From: Gnetum montanum
Taxonomy: Eukaryota > Plantae > Gnetophyta
Assembly (NCBI GenBank): GCA_015680685.1
Contig: MNCI01002402.1
Coordinates: 186,001 to 250,000 of the forward strand
Reading direction: 5' to 3'
DNA: 64,000 nucleotides
A model generated the notes under the pieces. That model did not search any database. It saw nothing but the letters and a program-made list of their open reading frames with translations, and was not told the DNA's origin. The position numbers and the translations under genes are program-made. Each line of letters opens with the position of its first letter. Positions within the stretch are counted from its first letter, which is position 1. Shown piece by piece: positions 1-12,129 of the stretch.

Positions 1-424
1 ATGCACTGGTAGACCCTGGTCCTCTGTCTAAATTTGTATTTTTATTTACTGTTTTCATCAATTTGCATTTGGTTCTTTTTCTTATTTCGGCACATAGAAT
101 TTGTGTGAGGCCTAGCCTGTTCCTTTGGCGTAGATATTAGTGTGTAGGCTAGCATCAACCTTCATCTCCTTTGCTCGACGTATGACTAGTTTTGTGTCTG
201 GAAATCTAGTGACATGCTCAGCATGCAGGGGGGGCCAAAATGCTCAGTGTGCAGAGTGTGCACACCCACATTCCCAGCATGCAGGGTCGACATGTCCACG
301 TTCCCAGTATGTAGGGTTTGCATGCCAAGCGTGAACCCCGAAAATTTTTTAAGTGTTGGCACCAGCGTAAAACTTATTTTTTTTTTGGTGTAGCTTACTT
401 ACCCTAGTTCTTGAATACATGCAG

Positions 425-3400
425 AGGTATTAAACCTTTCCTCCTAGTGGTGGAGCTTATTGGAGTTATGGCATGGTTCGGGCCTATTGATTCTCATGAA
501 TCGGTACCTGATATGACTATCGATCAAAATGGGGTATGGTTTAGAATGGGTGTTAGCGAGTTCCTTGCCTTCATCTTACAAGGATTCAGTGTGGTAATAT
601 GGTCTCACCTAAGTGAACAATTAGCATGGAGCATCCTTGAGACTATGTTACCAGGATCCTCAAATGGCATAGTGGCCTTCGTGGTTGATGCCGATGAGGA
701 ATTGTTTATAGTTGGGAATGGTCCCTCTGGAGGGCTCAGATCTACCCGTCCATTGTCACATGTATCGGACCTATTATCATGTAGCCCTCACAACATCAAT
801 AGCACCCTATTCCTAGCCTCTCGTGTGCATACTTTGTTCCAGAATCTTCCTGGAACAGTGTACAGGGTAGAAAGGTAAGTTTGTTTAATTTATCATTTCT
901 GCTTTGATACTTAGTAATTGTTCATATTTTGACCATCGTTTCTTTGTAGGCCTCAATTTGATAAATAAGGAGTATGCATAGGTGATGATGGACTCGCATT
1001 GGCTCATACTGCCTTAGAGGCTTTCATGGCAAGTCCCACTCTCTGTGGTGTCGTGTTAGCCCAAACCATGGGTGAAATTGTCCATTTTCACAAATGATAC
1101 TCCAAGGCTTTTGCACAATGTGAGGCTCGGAGGTGGCTACATGGGGATTGGTCCTGTAATGGGCTAGTTTTCCCATCTGACGCTAATTCAGCCTCTAATG
1201 GTTTTAATCCGTTGACCAATGGTAAGTAATAATGTTTTTTTTTGACATCTCATGTTCGTTTGTTTTTCTACCTCATTAGTTGCATTGATTCCATGGTTTT
1301 ACCCTATGTGTATAGTGGATGTCACCCCTGGTGGAGTTACCATCACAACCGGGTGGACTGAGGGCACCTTGGCCATGAAATTTGGGGAGATCAGTGATGC
1401 ACAACAATGGCTGCATGATAAGGCACCACCACATATTATCAGTTGTTTGAGTGATTCTGGCCTCATGGAGTTATTTATTTCTCTAAATCCTAATATCTTC
1501 ATGACCGAGATGATTACGATCGTTGATTCTTTCAATGAAGTTGTTACTTACTATAGCACTCATGTCAAGGGACTTAAAGTAGTTTTGCATCTATCGACAG
1601 AGTTCTTTTCAAACCTCTTCGATGTACAGGCAGATGGGGCTAGAGTGACTTTGGATAAAGTACAAAAATATGTCCATGTTGTTCATGAGCTGGAGGATTG
1701 GCTGGGTGTACTTAAGGGTCCTAAGGGATTTCCTATGCAAAGAAGATCGAAAGTAAATGAAGTAAATGAGTTGTATCCACTGCTTAGAGTGCGAGTGTTT
1801 CCTAAGTCCCTATCCCAAGTGAAGACTTTTGGGATAGAATTTGTGCATATCATGCACATGATTCTAGAGACTGGGGTGTGTTATAATGGGGCTCAGTTTT
1901 TACTTTCATGTTTCCATGAAGAGATAGTGAGATTGCGTTCAAATGTTGAGGCATAGTCCCATTTTACCTTTGCTTTCTTCACCGGTTACTTGCGTCGACT
2001 AGCTGAATTCCTAGTAGTTCATGTGGGTAACGAGTACATGTTAAGGGATCGTGGCCAACTATCTCGCCCATGGATTCGTCATTTTTTTGAAGTGACTGAA
2101 TCTCAAGATGCTCCCGAAGGGATTGATGAATCAGTCTCTATTACTATGAGGGGATCATCTTGTCATTCAATCCATACGCATGATAGCGTAGGATTGGAGC
2201 CAGGTGGTGTGCCCTATACTGCTAGGAGAGCCGATCGAGTAATCAAGGAGACGATCAGGAAGGCAAAATCTAAAGTTCAAAGACCTAAGCGCTCTAGAGA
2301 GGTTGCTCCATCTATCGATGAACCAAAGGTGAAATGCATACAGTTTAAAGTGTCTGCACGTGGTAAGTAAGCCTAATTCATTCATTTATCCTTGTTTTAT
2401 TATTTTTATTATTATATTATTTTTAAATTTTTATTTTTATTCTTTTGGTCATTTATGTTAAACTGATGTTGAACTCATGAATGTCATCAAAGCCAATTCC
2501 TGAAGTAGGAAGAGAGGGGTTAGCACCAATCATAGAGGAGGAAGAGATCCTCACCAACCATGATGAGGAGAATGAAGCAGGTAATGATGAGATGGAAGTC
2601 CCTATCCCTCTGAGGGAAGAAACAAAAGAACAAGTGGGAGATACCATAGAAAAAGATCACACTAATGAATAGGATGAAGTTGACGAGATGTTTGATGATT
2701 TCTTCAAAGGAAGATTAAACCTTGGTGATCCTCCAAATCCTGAAGAAGAAAGGGATTTTGGTATGTTCTCCTTATTATGTTTATTTGATTTTTGAATTGT
2801 TTCATTTCCATTATTTAGAGTTTTTTTTTATGTTTTTTTTGCTACAAGGCAAATATGTTGAAACCAGGATGACTCCTAATGTTCATTCGGAAATACCTAT
2901 GATGAAGACTCCAATGGAAACAACCACTAAAGTTGGTCCATCTTCTACAAATGAACCATTTACTTGGATCAAAATGCCAAGTAAAATGGATTTTGTCCTT
3001 GGTATCGTCAATGAGGTAGTTGATCATATCCAACAAGCTCATCTTGAAATAGGTATATATGCTTTAAGAGTTTTAAGTCTTTCTATTTTTGCATTTGTTT
3101 CTATTGTTGAATGTCTAATGTATATTCTCCTTATATTGATAGCTGCTAAACTGAAGTGGGATCCATCTGAGGCCACTTGTATTGATAGTCTGCTTGAACT
3201 GCCATCAGAAATTGAGCAAGTGCCAAGACAGATTTATGATGAGATGGAAAAATGTGTTGTGCAAAATGCCAAGTCTCTTTGGACCTACAGGCGTTCCATT
3301 GAAAAGCTATGGTTGCAAATTCAGGAAGGGGAAAAAGAGATTGCCAAACTATCAGAAGAGCGAGATGACTTTAAGTCACACTATGATTTTGCCTCTACTA

Positions 3401-4132
3401 GGTTGACGGGTGATCGCTCTTGCCGAACCTTCAAGATTACTTATACCAGATATTGGAATCTATTGAATCGCCAAGTAACTATGACTCAGGAGCTAGCAGA
3501 GTGAAAGGCACAAATTGATTTGTTGAATCGTAAGTATCAGGATTGGAAAGCTTTCGCTTCTAAGGTGCGGAAATGGGACCAAGATGAAAAGAATCATAAC
3601 TACCATTATCAGAAATCATTAAAGGAGATATCCATAGAGAGGCGTCAACTGGAGATGTTTGTAGAGGGGTTAGGCTTACGGTCTTCATTTGATGCCTTTG
3701 CTAGGAACACAGTGGTAGAGCTAGAATCTCCTAAAAGAGTAATTACTACAGTTTCTAGGGAGGTTTCTATAGGTGAGTTTCCTCTTAAACATCCTACTTG
3801 GTCTGCTATGGATAAAGGGAAGGCATTAGCCAATATTGATCTAGTCCTTGATGGAACAAGCTGGGCAAGTGTCCCTAAAGAAGAAATTCTTTATTGGCTA
3901 GAGTTTGGACTAAGAGGATCCTCTTCGGTAAGTCGTTTAAACTTGTTGTAACTTTAATTTGTTTTTAGTAGAAAATGTTACCCTTCTTTTTTTTAGTTAA
4001 TTATTTTCTTTTACTTTTTTACAGAGTCATGGTGATGACGGTGGCCACAAAGATGGCCCTAGTGGAGGGAAAACTCATGATGTAGGGGAATTTGGGGGGA
4101 AAGCCCCTCTTGATCCTGATGTTAGTTTTTGA
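425..4132 (+). pseudogene. Spliced accessory gene of E1, exons 2-8 (425-874, 950-1221, 1316-2362, ~2506-2760, 2849-3052, 3143-3927, 4025-4132); about 1040 codons with a few premature stops
   Basis: GT donors at 875, 1222, 2363, 2761, 3053 and 3928, and AG acceptors ending 424, 949, 1315, ~2505, 2848, 3142 and 4024, flank T-rich 75-145 nt introns. Splicing joins ORF-track pieces 411, 1252, 1990, 2481, 2722 and 3520 into one frame. Homologous exons occur in A, B and H. Confidence 0.88.
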
Positions 4133-4469
4133 ATTTGGCGTTGTTATTAGTTATGTTTCCGTGGGTTGTAAACAAATTTTTTTTTTATTTTTTAGCAGAA
4201 AATGAGTTTTGTATGAACAGATGCGTGAACTTGGTTAACTTTTGTAATCATCCATTTACGTATTTATGCATTTTGTTTTTCATATTCCATTTTTTTTTGT
4301 TTTCCTTTTTGTGGTTTAAGTGTAAACATGAAATAAAGTGCAAATGTAACCCAAATGATAATTGTGCCAAAGGAAGACACAAAGGAAAGCGTAATTTGTA
4401 CTTTAGAGATGTAATCATAGGATGTAAACTAGGAATTTAAACTTTTGAGGCGAATGAAAGTAAACTTGC

Positions 4470-4750
4470 TCTAGTTTTAGGCCATTTCGGGCCATACGTA
4501 CGTGCGTGTTAGTTTAAAGTCATGACGGACTACAACATGAATGTTCTAGTTTAAGGCCATTTCGGGCCACAAATAAATAGGAGGGATAACAACTGATACG
4601 ATGGGTTTTGATGTAAATCAGTCATTTCTGACTGTTGCTAGTTTTATGTCATTGCGGACATGCGATAGTTTAATGTCATTCTAGACTTGTGTACTTTAGT
4701 GTTATTTCAGACGATCATAGTTTAACGTCATTGCAAACTGTCGTAGCTTG
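4470..4750 (-). repeat. Degenerate tandem array (TAAACTAG core) downstream of gag-PR of E1
   Basis: Repeated TAGTTT(A/T)A(G/T)G(C/T)CAT...GAC units of about 27-35 bp on the + strand. Confidence 0.75.
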
Positions 4751-4779
4751 TTAATTATTTAATAAATTTTTAATTTTTT

Positions 4780-7700
4780 TCATTTTATGTTAGGAGTGGA
4801 TTTAATGGGTACGATCTGATACTTAGCATCTCCTTCGCTAATTACATTGAATGGTGGCTCTGCCCAAGAGACGTTTGGTGAAGTAGACTCTGAGTCGGTA
4901 TCCTCAGATTTTCCTAGGTTAGGTGGTGTTTCCTTCATTTTAAAGGGATCACAATTTATGGGTTGGTCATTTCTTTGAGTTTCATTTGTTTCCTCTAGCA
5001 TGGGCTTTTCAAAAATTCTGTTAAGTTTATGATCATATGGATTTTCTTCTTCTTCAGGCTCCTCAAATTTCACCTCAGAGCCTTGATTTGGCTCCATGTG
5101 AGATGAGATGGTGGATGTAGCAGCATCCCCATGGATAATGATTTCACCCCCCCTCATAGGGTAAGTGAACCTCTTGATGAATGGGGGAAGACATCACTTT
5201 TAACTAAGCTAACTAGGGTCATCCCAGGATTAGGTTAAAATTAGGCATCTCGTCAATAACCACAAAATCTGCGGATGTGCGGAATCGATCCCCTACTATA
5301 AAATCCAAGGTCAATGTACCTTTAACCACTACTCATGACCCATTAAATGACTTTAGACATGTTGTAGATGTCGGTTTAATTACATCTATAAGCCCTAATT
5401 GTTCAATGATGGGATAAAGTACTACGTTTGTGGCGACTCCATCATCTACATGTACTCGATGTATTTTGAATTGATTAACTCGTATGGTTATAAACATGGG
5501 TGTGTGGGTGACATCAATGATTTTCTCATCGATCCTAATGTTTTCAGGGTGAAAGACTAATGATTTAGATTTCGATCCTTGTCGTGTGGACATTACCGCA
5601 TGTATAGAGGGTTCATTTGTGGGTAGATTTTCGCTAACTAGGATTGATGTTAACATTTGTACTAAGGCTTCACGATGAACTGGTGAAGTTAATATGAGGT
5701 CGTACAAGCTTAATGATGTGTTCTTTTGTTTAAGGGCTTGTGCAACCTATGTTAGGGAATTAGCCAAGTCTTTACCATTGGGTATATTTTTGTCCATGGT
5801 CACTTGATCCATTGGTCCTAACAGTTGTATCTCACATGGGGTAACTTTCGTGTTATTTTTTAACATAACTTATGTTTCATAACTTTCGTGTTATTTTTCA
5901 TGATCCCAATCTTGCGAGTGTTTCTCCATGTTGTGAAGGCTTCATGGGCAGGGGTGTGTATTGAGAGGGGTCTTTTCTTTCAAAGGTTTGCACAGGACCC
6001 GCAGTAGGAGTTTGTGTTGAGGATGGTTCAGGTGTATGTGCAGGAGCAATTCTTTCATAGTTGACAGGGGAAGTAGGTGGTTTACCATGTTATCCCACGT
6101 TAGTATGTTGAGTTTCTGCTACTGCTTCTATGGTTACCTTAGCCTTCTCTTTATCCTTTTTAGTATGTTGATTCTTGAAGGCAGAGTAGGCAGGGTCATG
6201 GTTGTTCTATGTAGCTTCTTCTATGTTCTTTATTTGCATAAAAGCTTGGCTTAGAGTGCGCGCATTTAAATAATACAATTTAGATTTTACAAAATCATTT
6301 ACAACCCCCTTAAGGATGGTAAGTATGTTTTGGGGATTGGTTCATGAAGTTTGTTTAGCACAATGCTCCATCTCTGAATAAATTTTTGGACAGGTTCTAA
6401 GGGTGCTTATTTTACTTGTATTAAACTGTCCAATGTTGCTTCAAGTTTGAGATTATATTTGAATCTGGTAATGAACTGATGTAATAAATCTTCCAAAGAG
6501 GATATGGAATTACGAGGTAATTCCTGGTACCATTCTAGTGCTCTACTAGTGAGAGACATGGCAAACACTCGTAAGATTGCATGTGGCCAGGCCTGAAGCA
6601 ACAAGCACTCTAACCTAAATGTAACCAAGTGGGCGTTGGGGTCCCTTTCCCTATTATATTTTGTTAGGGTGGGTAAGGAAACTCCTTTGGGTAATGTCAT
6701 GGGTGGAACCGAAAAGCTAATTGGATCGTCGTGGTAAAAATCAAGTACTTTGAACTCTTTGTTGTTAGCGACCTTGAGACATTTCACCTCATCTGTTAGT
6801 TCTTGCATCATTTTTCTAGTTTTAGCCCAATCTTGGGCACTCGGTGAGGCGATAGGTTGATTAGGTTGTACAGCGTATACATTAGGTTGTTGTGTAATAG
6901 GTGGGAAGGAAGAAAGTTGAATTGTTGGTGCTTGCACCAGTGAAATATTCATAGTAGATGCTATTAAGGATGGCATGCCATAAGGCATAGGTTGTTGTTG
7001 TTGTTGTAGTTGTTGTAGTTGTTGTTGTGATGGTTGTTGAGTGACTGGAGTGGGCCATTGGCCAACCATGGGCTGTGGAATGGATTGTTGTAACTAGGAC
7101 ACTAGAGTAGGCCATTGCCCAACTATTGGTTGTGAGAGGATGCTTTGCACCATTTGGATGGGAGGAGGTGGTGAAGGAGTGGTGTGGACCTACACTCTTG
7201 GGACAAAATGGGTTGACATGGAGGTAGGCATAATGAAAGGCATCGCTATCACTTGATGCCCAAATATGGATGCGATGGAGGTTTGAGTTGGCAATGGTGG
7301 GGGTTGCATATGAGAGAGTGAGGGTGACGTCCTGATGAGGGGAAGAATGGAAGTGGACGGGTTACTTGCTAAGGAAAATGTAGAAGTAGAAGTTGGGGCT
7401 TCCTGTTGAGAGAGAGGGGCCTGGGTGACGATAGTTTCATGGAGTGGAATGGTTTTCCCTAAGTAGGGGTGTAGCAATGAATTGAATCAGGAGTGAGGGC
7501 TAGGTATGTGATGTGACCTTCCATGTTTGGATTGTGTAGCAAAGTAATCCTCCTCATCCTCCATTTAAGGATCTATAATGGGATGTGAGGTGGGAGGTTG
7601 GCTCCTTTCCAAAAGGAGCTGGGTGATGAGTTCTTAGTGAAATTTTGAGAGTGGAATGATGTCATGGGAGGCAAGGATGAATTCACAACCTCCCTTGTTG

Positions 7701-7969
7701 ATGACTTCATAATGCCTTTTCACATCAAATTTTGTTTGATAAATGGGTAAATTCGCTTGGATCTTGACACATATGAAGTTGTACTATTTGGGGATCAAAG
7801 TGGTGAATGAGAGGTCACAGCCCTATAGTCTCAATGACTGACAAGGTGGCCCCTGAGTGTTTACCTCACCATGAGTCACTATTGGTGTGATGGTGATGAC
7901 AGGGTATGAGACTGATGGGCTGGCATCAAAGATGGGGAAAGTAGAAGTATTGGTGTCAGTAGGGTTCAT
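4780..7969 (-). pseudogene. gag: gag-protease of E1
   Basis: ATG AAC CCT at 7969, a Pro/Gln-rich linker, a retrotransposon gag core (TKYNRERDPNAHLVTF...SLTSRALEWY...FITRF) and a protease-like RVHVDDGVATNVV...FNLILG motif. Stop at 4780. Confidence 0.85.
6990..7040 (-). repeat. (CAA)n microsatellite encoding polyglutamine in E1 gag
   Basis: GTTGTTGTT run; the ORF reads QQPSQQQLQQLQQQQQP. Confidence 0.85.
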
Positions 7970-8029
7970 TTTACATGCTCCAAGTATGGCAACGTAACTA
8001 GAAAGTATTTGGTTAAGTGTTGGGCAAGG

Positions 8030-8510
8030 AGCAAAAAAATTTTCTAAGTGTTGTCAACATGTACGGTGTAAACAAGAGAAAAATTTTCTAAGTGTTTTCA
8101 GTGTGTATAGTGCAGAAAACTTTTCTAAGTGTTGTCAGCGTGTATGGCATAAACAAGAGAAAAACTTTCTAAGTGTTGTCAACGTGTACAGCGCAGAAAA
8201 CTTTTCTAAGTGTTGTCAGCATGTACGGCGTAAACAAGAGAAACATTTTCTAAGAGTTGTTAGCATGAATAGCACAAAAAAATTTTCTAAGTGTTGTTAG
8301 TGTGTACAAAGTAAACAAGAGAAAACTTTTCTAAGTGTTATCAGTGTGTAGGGTGTAAACAAGAGAAAACTTTTCTAAGTGTTGTTAGTGTGTACGGCGT
8401 AAACAAGAGAAAACTTTTCTAAGTGTTGTCAGCGTGTATGGTGTAAACAAGAGAAAAATTTTCTAAGTGTTGTCAGCATGTACAACGTAAACAAGAGAAA
8501 AATTTTCTTA
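8030..8510. repeat. Tandem array in the E1 5' UTR, about 12 units of 37-44 bp
   Basis: The unit TTTCTAAGTGTTGTCAGCGTGTACGGCGTAAACAAGAGAAAA is visible repeatedly. Confidence 0.95.
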
Positions 8511-8978
8511 TTGTCAAAAGAATGTAAACTTATTAGCGTACACCTTCAGCGTGCAGACTTTTCTACATAGTGTACACCTAAGCTTTGGGACGTGTAAGTG
8601 CTAGTGTTAGCATTCAGACCACTCTGATAGTGTACCAGTCATGTTCAGGGAGTGGTGGCAGCGTGTAGACTAGATCTACAATATATGAAATCCCTAGCAT
8701 ATAGGCTTCAACAATCAGCGTACAAGATTGATAGGTAGTGTACAAAGAGAGTGGTCAGCATGCAGGTAGGGTAGGTAGTGTATACACACTGAGACTACAG
8801 CAAATCTGGCTGGACAAGGTGTAGATTTGAGAGCTTCAAAATTAGATGTATGCTAATAGAGTGTAAATTTGAGAAAACTGACTATAGGTCTGGGATCACA
8901 GGGAGCGGATCTGTAAGATGGACTAGCGGATCTGAACAGATCTACAGTGGATTGGAGTAGATTTAAGCAACGACAGGT

Positions 8979-8994
8979 CCTCCTTCTAGTGCCA
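8979..8994 (-). promoter_or_regulatory. Primer binding site of E1 (tRNA-Asn type)
   Basis: TGGCACTAGAAGGAGG on the - strand next to the LTR end, complementary to the 3' end CCUCCUUCUAGCGCCA that I recall for plant tRNA-Asn(GUU). Confidence 0.8.
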
Positions 8995-8999
8995 TTTTC

Positions 9000-10719
9000 T
9001 ATACTGTCTGAAATTGTCGGTGCAAGGCTAGAATGGGACAAGCAACAAGAGATCTACAGACAAGCACAGAAGACTCTACCTTCACTCAAGGGCGAGCTGG
9101 AACTGATGAAGGTAAAGTACCTTGGGTGATCCACACATAGATTAGACAAGGATTTCCCAAAAATGTATGCCAATGTGCAATACGTTGGGCTATGTGTAAA
9201 TAGCGTAATAAATGTAAACTAGAACGTAAATGTGTAGTAACATAAACAAAGAGGTAAACAAGAATGAATGAAAGCTATAACAAATCTTGACCAAAAACAA
9301 AGTAATTTTATTGCCAAGTGAAGATTATAGTGCACATGTCCGGACCAGTCGTGGATCTAACACAAGGCAGACGAAGGGCCTCGGTGGATGCTGATGGATT
9401 ATGGTGTGGTGGTTTAGACTACAGGCATAACGGGAAGGCTGTATGATCAACGTGTAGGGGTCAAGTCCAGCATAAAGGGGGGTTCTTCTTCAAAAATCCT
9501 CTTAGCCCCAAAAAGAAAACCAGTATCCCCTCCCCTCCCGCTTAAAAAAAATTGGGATTTTTATAGGTTTTAGGACATGAAATTCAGACTTGGAGTGATA
9601 TGAATGGACATTGGTGAGAAAATTTCAGGTTGGATGGCATGTAGTTGCATTTCCCAAGTGCAAAGGATATTACAACTGTACAGCATGCTACATGCCAGCG
9701 TGTACACGCTGGGCATATGAACCCAGCTTACAAACTTGACCAATACAGAAGAATTGAACTTTACAAATGAACATTACAGTCACAACAGAGAGTCTTGAAC
9801 ATGGCCCTTGGATTTGAGCTCTGGTGTCATGAGAATTCTTCCTGTAGATTTTCAGCTCATTTGGATTTGATCTAATATAGTTTTGAAAGCCTTCAAGTGG
9901 CATACACTGGGCATATACATTGGTGTGCAGATCAGCATGTAGGTTGGCTGAATCATTTGATTGACCCCACTTTTAGTGGTACATGCTGGACGTGCATGCT
10001 GGGCATGCAGAGTATGTATGCTCAGCATGTAGGTCATGGAAGTGCATCATTTCAAGGTTGAATCTTCATTTTTAGGAGCCTGGGATGATACCTGATAATT
10101 GCCTTGCCTATGAGAGTCGATTGTAGGTGGAGATCTTATTATGGGATGCCTATTTTGAGAGATCCTTGATGGTGTACTCGTTTTTGGGAGCCTAGAATGA
10201 TGCCTGATAATTACCTTGCCTCTAGGAGTCAATTGTAGGTGGAGATCTTATTCTGGGATGCCTGTTTTGAGAGATCCTTGATGGTGTACGCTGGGCATGC
10301 ACGCTGGGCGTGCAGGAATGAAAACCCATCATTTGATTTTCAGGAGACTAAGAGCTATTGGAGACCTTGGTGAAGGTCCTGGGGGATCCAGATGCTCAAT
10401 TCTGGCATTTTTTGACTCATTTTTGGGGCCCAAACGTTGCTGCATGCTAAGCTGTATGCTGAGCTGCACACTGGGCATGCAGGCCTATGTGCAAGAAGTG
10501 TACTTAGTCAAAACTGAGTGTTTTGAGTTTGAAACTTGCAGTTCTTATTGCCAAATGTTGACGTAGTCTCCAATGGATCTTGGGGAACTTTTACTTGCTT
10601 TATTCGACTCCATTTGATGCTATTTGTGAAGTTTGCAAGTTTTAGTTATGCTAGGAAGCATCATGACTGAGCTCGATTCTTGTCCGAAAGTGTTAGGTCC
10701 AAATTTTTTTGGTGTTTCA
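9000..10719 (-). repeat. 5' LTR of E1 (about 1.72 kb)
   Basis: Bounded by TGAAACACC (10719) and the PBS. TATA-like CCTATAAAA near 9560. Internal ~90 bp direct duplication at ~10090-10178 and ~10200-10289. Confidence 0.85.
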
Positions 10720-11601
10720 ACTATAAGGGGCTCACCTAGCTATGCAGCATCAAATAATGTATCAAAATCACCCCCATCGAGGTGGATTAACCCCTCTTCT
10801 TCCAACTGTTGGAGGATCTCTACTACTCATGGAGCTTATCTCCATGAGATACCTCCTTCTCAGCCCAAGGGGCTTTGTCTACTATCACTTTGGCTACTAC
10901 TCTTGATCCCTCTCTTCTTTTTTTACAAATAACACAAAGCATAGTACTATTAGCTAATCAACAAAATAGCATGATAAATAACATAAAAAGTTAATATACG
11001 TGCATAAATACAATTAAAGCATCTAGCATCTATGCATACTAATGTGCAACATCCTCATCCAAATCTTGTAGCTTGATGTGGATCTTCTTGCTACTTAGCT
11101 TCATGAACTTGGGGGAAGCCTTCTCTTAAGGTTGTGGCCTCTTGATCTATGCCTTAGATGGTCCCACCATCTCTGCTATATATTTATTCATCTCATGTAC
11201 ATCCCTAGTGCCAACTGGAGGACCCTTACCTACACTATCGCATGAATAGTACGAGTGCTCCATAGGAACCTTGGTCATTACTGACAATGACTTATCAATT
11301 TCCTCTAAGGGGTCCTGTATAGGTGTGGTCAAAAACATATGTTTGAATCATAACCTAGACAGCTACTCATGTTCCTACACCACCCATCAGCCATCATCCT
11401 ACATGACCAAAAGCTTTGCAAACCTTCGTAGGTATCTCATGAAGAACACAAAGTGCATGTGGGACCATGCCTGCAGATTGAACCGCAATCTAGAAATATC
11501 TACATGCAACCCAATGGCTATGTACCTAGCCTAGTTAAACCTCATACCCACTAGTAGCACCTCCTTCATCACCTATGCCTACTCCACCCCTAGGATCTTA
11601 C
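10720..11601 (-). pseudogene. Accessory gene of H, fragment (3' part of exon 4 and part of exon 5)
   Basis: ORF 11147-11338 (YSCDSVGKGPPVGTRD...MVGPSKA) is homologous to ORFs 29376-29738 and 1990-2370. Confidence 0.85.
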
Positions 11602-12129
11602 TGTAGTGACAGAAAACGTCGATGGCTGGAAACACCGAGAGGTCTTCAATCGTGACAGTCTTAACCCTCCCTCCCCCCACCCCCTCCCCCCCTTCTCCTC
11701 TTCTAAAAAAAAGGGGGTCGTAGAGGTATTTATAGGTTAGGGTTAGCCAAAAATGTGAATCTAGTGCTATGTGGTAGTGTGGTAGGTAACAATGTGTAAC
11801 AGCAAGTAATAGCGCATAACAGTGTGTAACAACATAGCATAATAGGGTGCTATGCTATGCTACGCACTGTAGCAGGATGCTACGCTAGCACTATAGTAGG
11901 GTGCTATGCTAGCACTGTAGCAGGATGCTATGCTACATAGTGTAGCAAGGTGCTACACTAGCACTGTAGCAGGGTGCTATGCTATGGTATGCTACGCAGC
12001 ATAGCAGAGTGCTACACTATGCACTATAGCAAGGTGCTACGCTAAATAGCGTAGCAGCATGTAACAGCATGTCACACTTAGCCATATTTGCAGTTGCGAT
12101 GCCAAGACCTAAAATTTTAAGGTATTTCA
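11602..12129 (-). repeat. 3' LTR of E2 (528 bp, internally deleted)
   Basis: Matches 16073-16138 and then ~16637-17242. PPT GCCCCTTTTT at 12133-12142. Confidence 0.9.
11840..12060. repeat. ~21 bp tandem repeat in the E2 3' LTR
   Basis: Units of TAGCAGGRTGCTACGCTAGCACTG. Confidence 0.9.

Larger units (their letters stand above)
1..10719 (-). mobile_element. Element E1: Tat/Ogre-like Ty3/Gypsy LTR retrotransposon, 5' half (its RT-INT and 3' LTR should lie left of the window), inserted in exon 5 of the accessory gene of element H
   Basis: The LTR start TGAAACACC is read on the - strand at 10719, PBS at 8979-8994, gag-PR at 4780-7969 and antisense accessory gene at 425-4132. The sequence right of 10719 resumes exon 5 of H (GDFDTLFDAA*LGEP). 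Confidence 0.9.

Noticed and set aside
411-4132. Host nuclear gene
   Set aside because: It occurs at the same internal position of four retroelements and is pseudogenised in step with them.
8103-8300. Cys-rich repetitive ORFs (also 16781-16975)
   Set aside because: These are translations of tandem DNA repeats in the UTR and LTR.
8979-8994. tRNA gene fragments (also 16050-16066, 53329-53345)
   Set aside because: Only the 3'-terminal 16-17 nt including CCA match, directly next to LTR ends, so these are primer binding sites.
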